Assembly: GCA_965203275.1 (NCBI GenBank)
Contig: OZ241865.1
Location: 2,144,001-2,208,000 of the forward strand
DNA length: 64,000 nt
Direction of reading: 5' to 3'
From: Bdellovibrionales bacterium
Lineage (GTDB): Bacteria > Bdellovibrionota > Bdellovibrionia > Bdellovibrionales > JAUICD01
Position numbers and translations under genes: made by a program. Shown in pieces: positions 31,475 to 41,493 of the stretch. Each line of letters begins with the position of its first letter. The stretch's first letter is position 1. The notes below the pieces were generated by a model, which did not search any database, was not told the origin of the DNA, and saw only the letters and a list, made by a program, of their open reading frames with translations.

Positions 31475-34456
31475 TCAAGGTTTTTCTAAGTCTAAAAACT
31501 CCAGATGACCTGCCTTAAGCAATCGATCTAAGGCATGTTTGCTATGACTAAGGATTTTTGTATTTTGACTTGCAAGCCCTACTTTAAGAATAGCTCTTAT
31601 TTCTTCTTCAGGAATAAACACCATTTGATCTCCTAGTAGCATTATTTCAGTCAGTTTAGCAAAGCACTCTAAAACCTGTTCTTTGTAATTCTCTAAAAAG
31701 GTATACAATACTCTTATTTGCTTATAGACATAGGTATCTTCTATAGTATTGGTCTTTTTGTTTTCTCTACAAATATCTAAAATTTCAGAATATTTACCAA
31801 GCCTCCATTTCACGTCATAAAAGCAATCTGCATTTAAAAAAGCAGTGAATAATTGAAGTTCAATAGGCTCTTTTTCTTCCAATCGCCAAGCTAACCATTC
31901 CTTGATCTTCTTTTTAGAGTGATCATCAAAAACTTTACCATTATCTCTTAATTGATAGCCAACAAATCTAAATAAAAGCATCCAATATTTTTTATCTTGC
32001 TTTGTATTTTGATAATATTTTTTTAGTAGACTATTTTCCCCTTTAAGAGAATATTCACCGTAGAGATAATAGATAAATAAATGTTGGCCAAAAACTTCAG
32101 CAAGGTCTTCACTATTTATTGACTTCATTACAAATCGGTTTAAATTTTTTAAGGCAAAAATAAAATCCTTATGGAAAATTTCAAATATCTTTTTGGATAT
32201 TTTATGTCGACGTAGCAAGCTAGCAAATGCAACTAACCACTTGTTAAACTCATTTTGTGGGAAAAGTTTTAAGTGATTATCAATAGTCCATTTTTTATCT
32301 GTATTGTAAATGATTCCATAATGAAATCCTAAAATAGTATATTCTGGCAATGTAAGTGGATATTGAGCTTTAGGGCTAAAACGTTGATCTAAAATAGCAG
32401 TCACTCTTGAAACATCTGCTTTAGGATTGTCTGTTTTTAACCGGCAACCGAAATTAATTAGATGTTTTAAAGCAAGACTTCTTGTATTATTAAAAGCCTC
32501 AAAGAGATAATCTGCTTTTGATGAATATTCTAATGGTTGAAATTTACTATTATGAGGAGCTTTATCAGTTTGATTATTTTGATCTAATCCTTGATCAAAT
32601 TGAGTACATAATATATCTAAAAGATCAAATACCCTATCAGTATCTTCTTGCTTATTATTTGTTTTTTCGATATACACTTCAATAAAGTCACTTACTGCTC
32701 TTTTTGAACTTTGCCAGTTGGGATTGTCTTTTGATTTTTCATAAGACCATCCATTTTGCTTATTATTTATTTGATCTGACTGAGAGAGAACCCACTTTAA
32801 AAAAGCAACCCATTTTTCATTTAATAGAGTATCAAAATCTTTTTCAATTATTTTTTGTTTAATTTCGATGATCATTTTGATATAGATAGGCCGTTTGATT
32901 TTATGGTAGTTTTCAAGCCAAAATTCAAGTCTTCTGGGATTTTTAAGAATATAATTTTCAAAAACATCTTGAAAATTTTTAGCTAACCCCTCAATATTTA
33001 TTATTTTTATACCTTTATCCAAGTCGATACTCTCATCTTCCCAATTATTGATATAATCGAGTAACTTTTGATCTGTCATTTCAGTGAGGTCTTGTTCTAA
33101 CTTTGGACTGCGATCATCTATAACACCCATTTGAAAACGAAATGGTTTATAATCTTCATCAGAAATTTTCTGCTCACTGTTAGATTCTAATTTTTGAAAA
33201 TACTTTAAATATTTATCAAAAAGAACGACCTTAAAAGGTTGTAACCGCTTTCTATGGAAATCAGATTGATATTCCTTAAAAATATTTTCAGTAAATTTTT
33301 TGCCACACCATTGTTTATAATTTTCTTTTGAAGGACCACTTAAAATTTGCTCAAAAATTTGCTGAAGTTTTTCTTTTGTCAGTAGTTCCTTACCAAAATG
33401 TTCACAAGCTTTTTTGATCATCTTTTGCATTTCATAGCCATATCGAAATTGAGAATAATCTTTATATTTTAAAATTTCTTCTTGTATCCAAGGTTTTGTT
33501 TGTTCATTAGGATGTAAAGCATATAAATGTTGTCTGATTCTTTCAAATACCTTCCAATTTTGCTTTTTTAAAATATTATCTAATTGTGCAATAGTCAATT
33601 GGGGCGATTTTTCATACACTATTTCACAAACAGAAGTAAGGGTGAGAACAAGTGCCTTATCGTACTGCACATTGCTATTGCGAGGGCAAGTTAAGTCTTC
33701 ACACCATATTTGAGAAGCATCCTCATTTTCACTAGCAATATCTTGATGAGTTTGAAATTGAATTATTTGATTTGTTGTTTCGATCAATATACAAGCTACT
33801 TGATATGGCTCTTGTTCTGCTAATGGTTCAATGCCTTTTTTCAATATTTCAAAAAAAATCCATGATGGGCAATCTAATATATGGCGAGATCTTAAATAGG
33901 TTGTGAATGATTCTTTTTTATCTTTTATTTTGTTATAACTTTCTCTTTTTTCTCTATCTTGAGGATCTGGTTTAAATTGAATCATTCGTTTTGCTAATTT
34001 TAATGCTGGGTTTATTTGATTTTCTTCTCTCCATAAAGTTAAAAGTTTAAGCATGAATATATCTTGATTTTTCATATTTTTACAAAATTCTAATATTTTT
34101 GGTAAAAGTTTTATAGATTGTTTTCCTGGCAGTTTTAATGCAATATTTAAAATACCACTATATATGGTAGGGTTATCTATCTTTGGAAAACTTAATATTA
34201 AATTAATGACATCTTCTGGTACTTCTGTAGATATATTTTTTAAATACGACATTTGAGGCCAAAATGGAGATTGAATATAGCTATTTGGTAAATCCTTAAC
34301 TTTAGGAGGTGATTTAAAATAATCCTTTTCAATCAAATATTTAAGCCAAAGAGGATTTTTAAGTCGGGAGAAAAAGTACTGGCGTTCAGTATCTTTTTTC
34401 AGGGATTCTAAAGCTTTATTCATTGTTTCAATTGTTGGTTGCTTCCAAGATTTCAT
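31475..34456 (-). CDS. large helical hypothetical protein (~993 aa), candidate defence component
   Basis: GGAGGA RBS before ATG 34456 (MKSWKQP); N-terminal YFFxxLxNPxWL...F..PP...WP..YL motif. Confidence 0.75.
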   Translation of the reverse strand: MKSWKQPTIETMNKALESLKKDTERQYFFSRLKNPLWLKYLIEKDYFKSPPKVKDLPNSYIQSPFWPQMSYLKNISTEVPEDVINLILSFPKIDNPTIYSGILNIALKLPGKQSIKLLPKILEFCKNMKNQDIFMLKLLTLWREENQINPALKLAKRMIQFKPDPQDREKRESYNKIKDKKESFTTYLRSRHILDCPSWIFFEILKKGIEPLAEQEPYQVACILIETTNQIIQFQTHQDIASENEDASQIWCEDLTCPRNSNVQYDKALVLTLTSVCEIVYEKSPQLTIAQLDNILKKQNWKVFERIRQHLYALHPNEQTKPWIQEEILKYKDYSQFRYGYEMQKMIKKACEHFGKELLTKEKLQQIFEQILSGPSKENYKQWCGKKFTENIFKEYQSDFHRKRLQPFKVVLFDKYLKYFQKLESNSEQKISDEDYKPFRFQMGVIDDRSPKLEQDLTEMTDQKLLDYINNWEDESIDLDKGIKIINIEGLAKNFQDVFENYILKNPRRLEFWLENYHKIKRPIYIKMIIEIKQKIIEKDFDTLLNEKWVAFLKWVLSQSDQINNKQNGWSYEKSKDNPNWQSSKRAVSDFIEVYIEKTNNKQEDTDRVFDLLDILCTQFDQGLDQNNQTDKAPHNSKFQPLEYSSKADYLFEAFNNTRSLALKHLINFGCRLKTDNPKADVSRVTAILDQRFSPKAQYPLTLPEYTILGFHYGIIYNTDKKWTIDNHLKLFPQNEFNKWLVAFASLLRRHKISKKIFEIFHKDFIFALKNLNRFVMKSINSEDLAEVFGQHLFIYYLYGEYSLKGENSLLKKYYQNTKQDKKYWMLLFRFVGYQLRDNGKVFDDHSKKKIKEWLAWRLEEKEPIELQLFTAFLNADCFYDVKWRLGKYSEILDICRENKKTNTIEDTYVYKQIRVLYTFLENYKEQVLECFAKLTEIMLLGDQMVFIPEEEIRAILKVGLASQNTKILSHSKHALDRLLKAGHLEFLDLEKP

Positions 34457-35099
34457 TAATTTCCTCCATTTTTCTTTTATATTCACCATTTGCTGCAATA
34501 TATAAGAATTCATTAAGTATTTCAAAGTGTTTTTTAATTTCAAATGATACACTTTTATCAAAAGCTTTTTCTCTAAGATGCGTACGTTTCAAAAAATATT
34601 TCTTTGTCTTGTTCCATTCTTCAAGAAATTCTTTTGAAATATTCTTTTTATCTTTGTAATCTAAAAAAGTAGTAAAGAAAAGCTCATCAGATTCTTTACT
34701 TCTCGTACAGCCTTCTTTATGTTCCTCAACGAGCTTGTTTATTTTAATACAGAGATCAAAAGGAATAAGATGACCATCGGCTTCATTTTTTATTTTTTTA
34801 TCCTTATTAAGTAAATCATACTTTATTTTTTCTGATCTTTTTCCCCAATCATTTTTCCATTGCTTTTCTATCTTATCTAAATGGTTTTTATATTGAACTT
34901 GTTGTCTTTTAATACCTTTTACAGTTTGAGGAAGACTATTCATTAATTCTCTACCTGCATGAGCTACAAAATTGATATAACCAGGTCTTTCATTATTTAA
35001 GAGATCAACTGCTCCTTTATATATTTCTGCATATATTGGCAATTGAAGGCCATCTTGTAACCAATTAAAAATAGAATCTTCTTTCCCTTTTTCTTTCAT
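34428..35099 (-). CDS. hypothetical protein with AHxxRELxxxL motif (possible HEPN-like nuclease)
   Basis: FVAHAGRELMNSLP and YFLKRTH; overlaps the downstream large ORF. Confidence 0.7.
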   Translation of the reverse strand: MKEKGKEDSIFNWLQDGLQLPIYAEIYKGAVDLLNNERPGYINFVAHAGRELMNSLPQTVKGIKRQQVQYKNHLDKIEKQWKNDWGKRSEKIKYDLLNKDKKIKNEADGHLIPFDLCIKINKLVEEHKEGCTRSKESDELFFTTFLDYKDKKNISKEFLEEWNKTKKYFLKRTHLREKAFDKSVSFEIKKHFEILNEFLYIAANGEYKRKMEEINEILEATNN

Positions 35100-35170
35100 A
35101 TTAGGGTAATCATATCATTACTAAATCTAAAAAGCATTAGTGGAGGTTCTTTAGAGGACACTTTATATCC

Positions 35171-35244
35171 TTTTTTAGGTTGTTGTTATTTTATTCCTTC
35201 GGTTGTTGGTTATGTGAGCATTCTTATAAGGATTTTGTGGATTT
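35171..35244. repeat. displaced copy of the mod 3' tail / pre-res intergenic sequence
   Basis: Matches ~29390-29463 with few differences. Confidence 0.88.
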
Positions 35245-35461
35245 AAATTGTAATATTTTTGTTTTTTAATTTAGCATTTACAATATCTTTAAAGAATTCA
35301 ATAGCAAATTGTAAAAATTGTACGTTAATAAGATGAATGACTTCAATGCGATAATCTTCACCCTTAAGTAGTTTTGTAATAATATTTTTAATAACCTGTG
35401 CTTTCATATTTACCTGTGCTTTCATATTTACTTGTGCTTTCATATTTACTTGTGCTTTCAT
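35243..35461 (-). pseudogene. truncated type II restriction endonuclease, CfrBI-family-like N-terminus, with 18-bp MKAQVN tandem repeats
   Basis: QVIKNIITKLLKGEDYRIEVIHLIN..FLQFAIEFFK..VNAKLKNK recalled as the CfrBI-family start. ATGA overlap with the MTase; ends at the mod-tail repeat. Confidence 0.7.
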
Positions 35462-36846
35462 GCTTTCTCTTGAAGTAATGTTTTAAAATCTTGGATATTT
35501 ATAAACTTTGTGCAAAGCTTATTTTGACTAAATAAGGAAGCATTTTGCTTGAGATTTTCTTTTATGCGATTGATATACTTTGCATCCTTCTCAGTTAAGA
35601 AAAAGTACCTATCTAAATCTACGGCTGAACGTCCTAAAGTGCCACTACCCGCAAAAGGATCAAAAATCAAATCTTCCACAAAAGAGTAATACTTAATAAT
35701 CCGATTGCATAATTCTAAGGGGAATACAGCACTATGCACTTTATCAAAAGTAGGATCAATATGCCAAACATTTGTGGTCTCATACCCATCTAAAACTTTA
35801 CTTCTATTAACTCTTTCTAAGTTGTATTGGTGCATATTCCAATCAATCAATTGATTGGTTTTTTTCCTATAAACCATTAGCATTTCTGAAATAGCATTGG
35901 GTTTATATCCTAAAGGTTTACGATGCTGTAGAAATCCTGCATTTCTGTTTTTGACACTTGCTTCTGGTTTAACCCATACAATATCATCAATAAACTCCCA
36001 ACCCATTTTAACTAACAAAGGATGAAGATCATAAGGAATAGGATACCTCTTACTTGCGTGGGCCCGGCTCATCCTAGGAATAATAATCGGTGAGGTGTTC
36101 AGGATAAAAAACCGACCTTCTTTAGTCACTCGATGTATGGCTTTAAAAGCTTCTTCTAAAAATTTTAAATATGCCTCATAACTTTGATAAATGGAATAAT
36201 CCCTAGCGTTGTAATAAGGTGGTGATGTAAAGGTCAGATGAATAGATTCGTCAGGCATGTATTTTAATACTTCTATAACATCACCTTGTACAACTGTGTT
36301 TTTAAGACAGTCTAAACATTGATCTTGTTTATTAGTATTTTTTAAATGATCTCTGCCGTTTATTTTTTGATGGATGACTTCTCTGATTAATTCATTAGGG
36401 TGACTAAGTAATTTTGAAAGTTGTTTTTTAACTTGGATATCTTTTGAAAAAACAAACAAGCCTCTCATAGCCTGCATAACAACTTTTGGATCTTGATCAG
36501 ATAACATTTGTATCAAAATAGGAATAGCTTTTTTATCTTTTAGCCTTCCAATGGCAGAAACAGATTCACGTCGCACTTGAGTATTTTGATCTTTTTTGGC
36601 AAAGTGAGCAAATGTATCTAATAAAGAAATATCACTCATCTTAGCAAGGTTTTTTATAACAAGGATTCTGATAGCTACATTGTGATGATTTAATAACTTG
36701 AGTAGTGGCTTCTTACTGTATTCACTCTTAAGTTGCTTAAGACGTTCTAAACCATAGATAATAGCATTCTTATTATTTTGGTTCTGTAAAAAAGCTAGAA
36801 GTGCTTTTTGGTTGTCTTTTAAACTGTCAATATGTTTTTCATACAT
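35458..36846 (-). CDS. N4-cytosine/N6-adenine DNA methyltransferase with N-terminal HEAT repeats
   Basis: HEAT-like VRRESVSAIGRL...DPKVVMQA; TSPPY, HSAVFP and DPFAGSGT motifs. Start set at ATG 36846. Confidence 0.88.
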   Translation of the reverse strand: MYEKHIDSLKDNQKALLAFLQNQNNKNAIIYGLERLKQLKSEYSKKPLLKLLNHHNVAIRILVIKNLAKMSDISLLDTFAHFAKKDQNTQVRRESVSAIGRLKDKKAIPILIQMLSDQDPKVVMQAMRGLFVFSKDIQVKKQLSKLLSHPNELIREVIHQKINGRDHLKNTNKQDQCLDCLKNTVVQGDVIEVLKYMPDESIHLTFTSPPYYNARDYSIYQSYEAYLKFLEEAFKAIHRVTKEGRFFILNTSPIIIPRMSRAHASKRYPIPYDLHPLLVKMGWEFIDDIVWVKPEASVKNRNAGFLQHRKPLGYKPNAISEMLMVYRKKTNQLIDWNMHQYNLERVNRSKVLDGYETTNVWHIDPTFDKVHSAVFPLELCNRIIKYYSFVEDLIFDPFAGSGTLGRSAVDLDRYFFLTEKDAKYINRIKENLKQNASLFSQNKLCTKFINIQDFKTLLQEKA

Positions 36847-37040
36847 TGTAGAAACTCTCTTATAATTTTCTATGTAAGATTTGTTAATGCCATAAAAATC
36901 AAACATGAGCAAAATGGCCAATAAGAGTCCTTATAATAAGTAACAAGTCAACAGAGGTCAAACAGCTTTTTCAGGATATATCTATTACTTAAGAGTTAAT
37001 TTCAAAATTTTTAACTATGAATATTCTCAATTCCTTTCCT

Positions 37041-38705
37041 TCAATAGAGCATTTTGTGGATTTGAAATGGCATTTGGCAAAACACAAGACCTTTCTGTGG
37101 TAGATCCTCTGGTGGGACAAAACAAGCCATTGCAAACACGTAAGCCTTTTTGCACTTTTCTACTTTCATCGTTTGCAATATTAAAGCCTCTCTTTTAGCA
37201 TGCAAGGCTGAAGCATCACTCCTTAAAAACTCCTTATCTGGTTGATACACTACAAAAATAGCAACGTCGTTTTTGGTCTTACCTACATAATAATCACCAC
37301 GCTTTTTAAATTTTTGAAGTGCCTCACCTGTTGCTGTGTAGAAAATATACGGAGCTAGCACGTTGTATGTAGGTAGAGACTTGCATTTTAAAAAGTTTTC
37401 TTCATTGAATTCTTGACCTAAGGTGCAGTAAGCAAATGAACCACCTAAGCCTTTTTTAAATCTGTCGTCTTTAGCTGTAGGGATACCTTTAATAACTCGT
37501 CGGATACGTTCAGCAGTGATGTTATTGGCATAGTCCTCGCATTCTATAAGGATAAATTTGCGATTCCCTCCATCTTCCTTGTTAAGGTCAAGGACTGCAT
37601 GGGCAGTCGTACCACTGCCTGCAAAAGAATCTAAAATAATATAATTATTATTATCTTTTTGCTGTTGTGATTTTATTAAAAATTTTATCAAATCACTTGG
37701 TTTTGGATGTGAAAATTTTTGATCTGAAAATATATTACCAAATTCTTCAGACCCTTTTTCATTATAGAACCTAGGGTCATCAATAAGATCATGTATAGCT
37801 TTTATTTTATCTCTTTCTTCTGGTAATACATAACGACGTAGTCCAAAATTTTTAGTAATATAAATTGTTTGGTTTATAATATCTTGATTAACTCTAAATT
37901 TTCCTTTAATTCTTACTTCTCGAAATACTTTATGATCTTTAATTTCAAGATCATCTAAAAGTAAAAACACCATTGATGAGACCTTGTACTCTCCTTTTTT
38001 ATAAAGTCCATCTTGACAGTTAGCATCTGCACCTTTTGGTATATTTCTTATACATAATGAATTATTAGCATTAAATACAGGACGAGTTTCTGCACTTAGC
38101 GAATGAACACCTAGTGGTGCTGAAAGCTCATTTTTGCAATATGCTATAATGTAATCACACATATCGGACATTTTCTTAGAAAGATGGGCTGTTTTTCTTG
38201 AAGCTCTTCTTTTCATAACTCCTACAAAATTTTCTTCTCCAAAAATTTCATCTAAAATCATCCTTAAACGATGCTGTTCATTATCGTCTATACTGATAAA
38301 AATCACACCATCTTCAGCAAGTAGCACTTTGAGTAACTCTAACCGAGGCCACATCATGCAAAGCCATTTATCATGCCTTTCCATATCATCTTTGTTGATG
38401 CCACTTTCTGTAAGCCATGTTTGTATCATAGGATTGTTGACGTTATCATTGTACTTCCAGTTTTCGTTCCCTGTGTTATAAGGTGGGTCAATATAAATGC
38501 ATTTGATCTTTCCTCCATAATGAGGGATAAGGGCTTTAAGAGCATGAAGGTTGTCTCCATGGATCATTAAATTGCCTTCTAAGGATGGCTTACTAGTTTG
38601 GCTTGCAACAAAAGATTTTTTAGCATTGATCTCAAGAGGATAAAAAGGCACTGTCAGATGATGGGTACGGACAATTGATTTGCCTTTAAAATTCAACACT
38701 GGCAT
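37041..38705 (-). CDS. mod: type III R-M Mod subunit (mod3)
   Basis: N- and C-termini near-identical to mod2; unrelated central region. Confidence 0.92.
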   Translation of the reverse strand: MPVLNFKGKSIVRTHHLTVPFYPLEINAKKSFVASQTSKPSLEGNLMIHGDNLHALKALIPHYGGKIKCIYIDPPYNTGNENWKYNDNVNNPMIQTWLTESGINKDDMERHDKWLCMMWPRLELLKVLLAEDGVIFISIDDNEQHRLRMILDEIFGEENFVGVMKRRASRKTAHLSKKMSDMCDYIIAYCKNELSAPLGVHSLSAETRPVFNANNSLCIRNIPKGADANCQDGLYKKGEYKVSSMVFLLLDDLEIKDHKVFREVRIKGKFRVNQDIINQTIYITKNFGLRRYVLPEERDKIKAIHDLIDDPRFYNEKGSEEFGNIFSDQKFSHPKPSDLIKFLIKSQQQKDNNNYIILDSFAGSGTTAHAVLDLNKEDGGNRKFILIECEDYANNITAERIRRVIKGIPTAKDDRFKKGLGGSFAYCTLGQEFNEENFLKCKSLPTYNVLAPYIFYTATGEALQKFKKRGDYYVGKTKNDVAIFVVYQPDKEFLRSDASALHAKREALILQTMKVEKCKKAYVFAMACFVPPEDLPQKGLVFCQMPFQIHKMLY

Positions 38706-38974
38706 AGCACGCCTCTTTTTTGCCACAATCTTACATTTTATAGCATCTTGGTCAACAGAAAAATATATAAAAAGCCAATAAATTTGTTGTCAAATGTGGC
38801 AAATAGTGATTATAATATGAGTATAGTAGTTAGTGGTTTGTATAAAAATAAAGGGATTGACAATAGATGTAAATACTGAGAAAGAAATTTCATTTTAAAA
38901 GGTATTTTTAAGTATCTTTAAAAACAAAACAGACCAAGTATTTTTACAAAATAAACCTAAAAAAAGAGGTTAAA

Positions 38975-40066
38975 ATGTTAAAAGATATAACTATTAAAAA
39001 TTACAAGCTTTTTAAATCTTTTTCTGTCAAAGATTTGCCTCGTATTTTACTGGTTGGAGGTAAGAACAATTGCGGAAAGACCAGCTTTTTAGAAGCTATA
39101 TTTTTTGTCTTTGATTCTCAAAATCCAGATATGTTTATAAAGTCTCTTGCATGGAGAGGGTTAAATACCATCCCTAATGATCCTCAATCCATCCTTGCAC
39201 CTTCCTTTCATAATTTTCTTTTAGATCAATTAATGACTTTTGATTACGTTCTTACTCCTTCACTTAAACGAAAGCTATCTTACAAGTTTATACCATCTCA
39301 TGGGCAGGTTTCTGCTCAATATAAAAATGGAAAAAGCACTATTGAAATACCTAAGCCTCAATCACCTCAAACAAATCAACCAACTCATTTAGGTTCAATA
39401 GAAATTTCCTATCATTTAGAAAAAAATACTATTAAAAATTTTTTAACTCTTGATCAAAAAGGAATGTCTATTGAAAGGAAAGCTCAAGCATTTCAGTACA
39501 ATCAAGAAATAAATGCAACTTTTATATCTTCTGTTGTTCCTATGCTACCTATTGTAAAAAGTCAAATATATGGTGAACTTGATAAAGTCAATAATACAGA
39601 AAAACTTTTAAAAGCACTGCAAATTATAGAGCCAAAATTAAAATCTTTAAGTGTGATCACAATAGCTGATCAACCAACTCTTCATGGTGATATTGGCATG
39701 GGTATAAAGATACCTCTGGCTCTTATGGGGCAGGGTATGGATCGCTTTTTATCTATTTTATTAAGTATTTCAGTTATTAAAAATGGCATTGTGTTAATTG
39801 ATGAGATTGAAAATGGATTTCATCACTCTGTTTTGCCATCTGTATGGAAAACTATAGCCACCCATGCAAAAGCTAACAATGTGCAAGTTATTGCCACTAC
39901 CCATAGTCGGGAAATGATTATGGAGGCTGCCGATGAGATACCAAAAGATATGATCGATGACTTTAGATACATGAGAATAGACAGAGATGGTGATCAATTT
40001 GATCCTAAAATTTACGATGCTGAAATGTTGGAATCAGCTTCAAGAATGCGTTTGGCTGTACGCTGA
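38975..40066 (+). CDS. AAA_15/AAA_21 ABC-type ATPase
   Basis: GKNNCGKT, MGQG signature, LIDEIENGFH and TTHS motifs. Confidence 0.9.
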   Translation: MLKDITIKNYKLFKSFSVKDLPRILLVGGKNNCGKTSFLEAIFFVFDSQNPDMFIKSLAWRGLNTIPNDPQSILAPSFHNFLLDQLMTFDYVLTPSLKRKLSYKFIPSHGQVSAQYKNGKSTIEIPKPQSPQTNQPTHLGSIEISYHLEKNTIKNFLTLDQKGMSIERKAQAFQYNQEINATFISSVVPMLPIVKSQIYGELDKVNNTEKLLKALQIIEPKLKSLSVITIADQPTLHGDIGMGIKIPLALMGQGMDRFLSILLSISVIKNGIVLIDEIENGFHHSVLPSVWKTIATHAKANNVQVIATTHSREMIMEAADEIPKDMIDDFRYMRIDRDGDQFDPKIYDAEMLESASRMRLAVR

Positions 40067-40077
40067 AATTTTTAAAA

Positions 40078-40704
40078 ATGACTCAAATCAATGAACCAAA
40101 ATTTATCATAAAAAAGCAAAAAATTCTTCTTGTAGAAGGTAAAGATGAAGTTCGATTTTTTGAAGCTCTTTTCAAAGCAAAAGACATTCAGAATGTTCAA
40201 ATTATAGATTGTGGTGGTATATACAAATTTAAAAAAGATTTTCCCACTTTAAAGAACACTTCTGAATTTAATAAAGTCACCTCATTGGCTATTATACAAG
40301 ATGCCAATAATGAAGGTCCTCAAAGGAGATTTGAGAGCATTTGCTCCACACTTAAAAAGTGCGATTTAAGCACTCCCACTCAAATAGGATCATTTACTTC
40401 AACAAACCCCAAAATAGGTGTGTTTATTTTACCAGATGGTAAAAACAAAGGTATGCTAGAAACCCTTTGTTTATCCATAGTGGAATCAAAAGATATTAAC
40501 AAGTGCATTGATGACTTTATGGATTGTATGGGTAAAAACTTAAAATCAAAGCCTCCTAAAAACTCAGATAAAGCCAAACTCCATGCTTATTTAGCAACAA
40601 TGGAAGAAGACACTCCTTCCTTAGGAGTAGCTACTCAAAAAGGTTATTGGAATCTTAATTCAGACAAGCTCAAACCTTTATTAGATTTTTTACAGAAGCT
40701 GTAG
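40078..40704 (+). CDS. TOPRIM-like DUF3226-family protein
   Basis: LLVEGKDE, IQDAN, PDG..GMLETLC and KAKLHAYL motifs. Confidence 0.75.
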   Translation: MTQINEPKFIIKKQKILLVEGKDEVRFFEALFKAKDIQNVQIIDCGGIYKFKKDFPTLKNTSEFNKVTSLAIIQDANNEGPQRRFESICSTLKKCDLSTPTQIGSFTSTNPKIGVFILPDGKNKGMLETLCLSIVESKDINKCIDDFMDCMGKNLKSKPPKNSDKAKLHAYLATMEEDTPSLGVATQKGYWNLNSDKLKPLLDFLQKL

Positions 40705-40871
40705 CAATAAGTATATTAGGTGCTTTTAGATGTTGTAGTAAAGAATTAACTGGAGTTTATGGTAGTGTCTATTTTTTGTTTGAAACATAATAGACCTCAA
40801 TTATTTCTCTTTCTTTGAATACTTTTTAACACATAGCATAAGTGGGCTTGCCTGTTTTGATATGACAAAGA

Positions 40872-40940
40872 AATATTTTTTTGTAGTGATGAGCTTATAT
40901 TGTTGATAGTAGCTACTTCTTGCCTTAAAAATTTATTTTT
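40872..40940. repeat. ~70-bp direct repeat, copy 1
   Basis: AATATTTTTTTGTAGTGATGAGCTTATATTGTTGATAGTAGCTA..., repeated at 43676-43744. Confidence 0.88.
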
Positions 40941-41082
40941 CTGTCTATCCTCTTGACTTTTTAGATTATTTAGGCGAAGATTATGAAAATACACGGGTCT
41001 CTGTTCCTTATTCCCTAATGAACTTCAAGACCCTTCTAGACCATTAAAAATTATTATTAAAATTTAAAGGAGGATATGTTTT

Positions 41083-41493
41083 ATGCGTGATTATCATATA
41101 TTTATTAGTCATTCTTGGAGCCATGAAGATCAATATGAAAAGCTTATTGAACTTTTAGAGGATGCTTTATATTTTTCATTTAAAGATTATTCTGTACCAA
41201 GAGACGACCCCATTCACGATGCACCTACAAGTCAAAAACTTTATGAAGCTATAAAAGGGCAAATGACTTCTGCTAGTGTAGTGTTAATTTTAGCTGGAGT
41301 TTATGCTTCCTATAGTAAGTGGATTAATAAAGAAATTGAGATTGCAAAAAATGAATTTGAAACTCCTAAGAAAATCTTAGCTATTAAGCCATGGGGCAGT
41401 CAGAGGACTTCTGAATTTGTTAGAAAGAATGCCGATCAGATTGTAGGATGGAACGGCAATAGTATAGCTGACGCTGTTAAGGAGTTAGCATGA
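41083..41493 (+). CDS. TIR domain protein (MTH538/DUF1863, ThsB-like)
   Basis: IFISHSW, DYSVP and SKWINKEI (catalytic Glu position); GGAGG RBS. Confidence 0.88.
   Translation: MRDYHIFISHSWSHEDQYEKLIELLEDALYFSFKDYSVPRDDPIHDAPTSQKLYEAIKGQMTSASVVLILAGVYASYSKWINKEIEIAKNEFETPKKILAIKPWGSQRTSEFVRKNADQIVGWNGNSIADAVKELA

Noticed and set aside
25313..38705. SSR-type phasevarion in the mod genes
   Set aside because: No simple sequence repeat tract was seen in any mod ORF or promoter.
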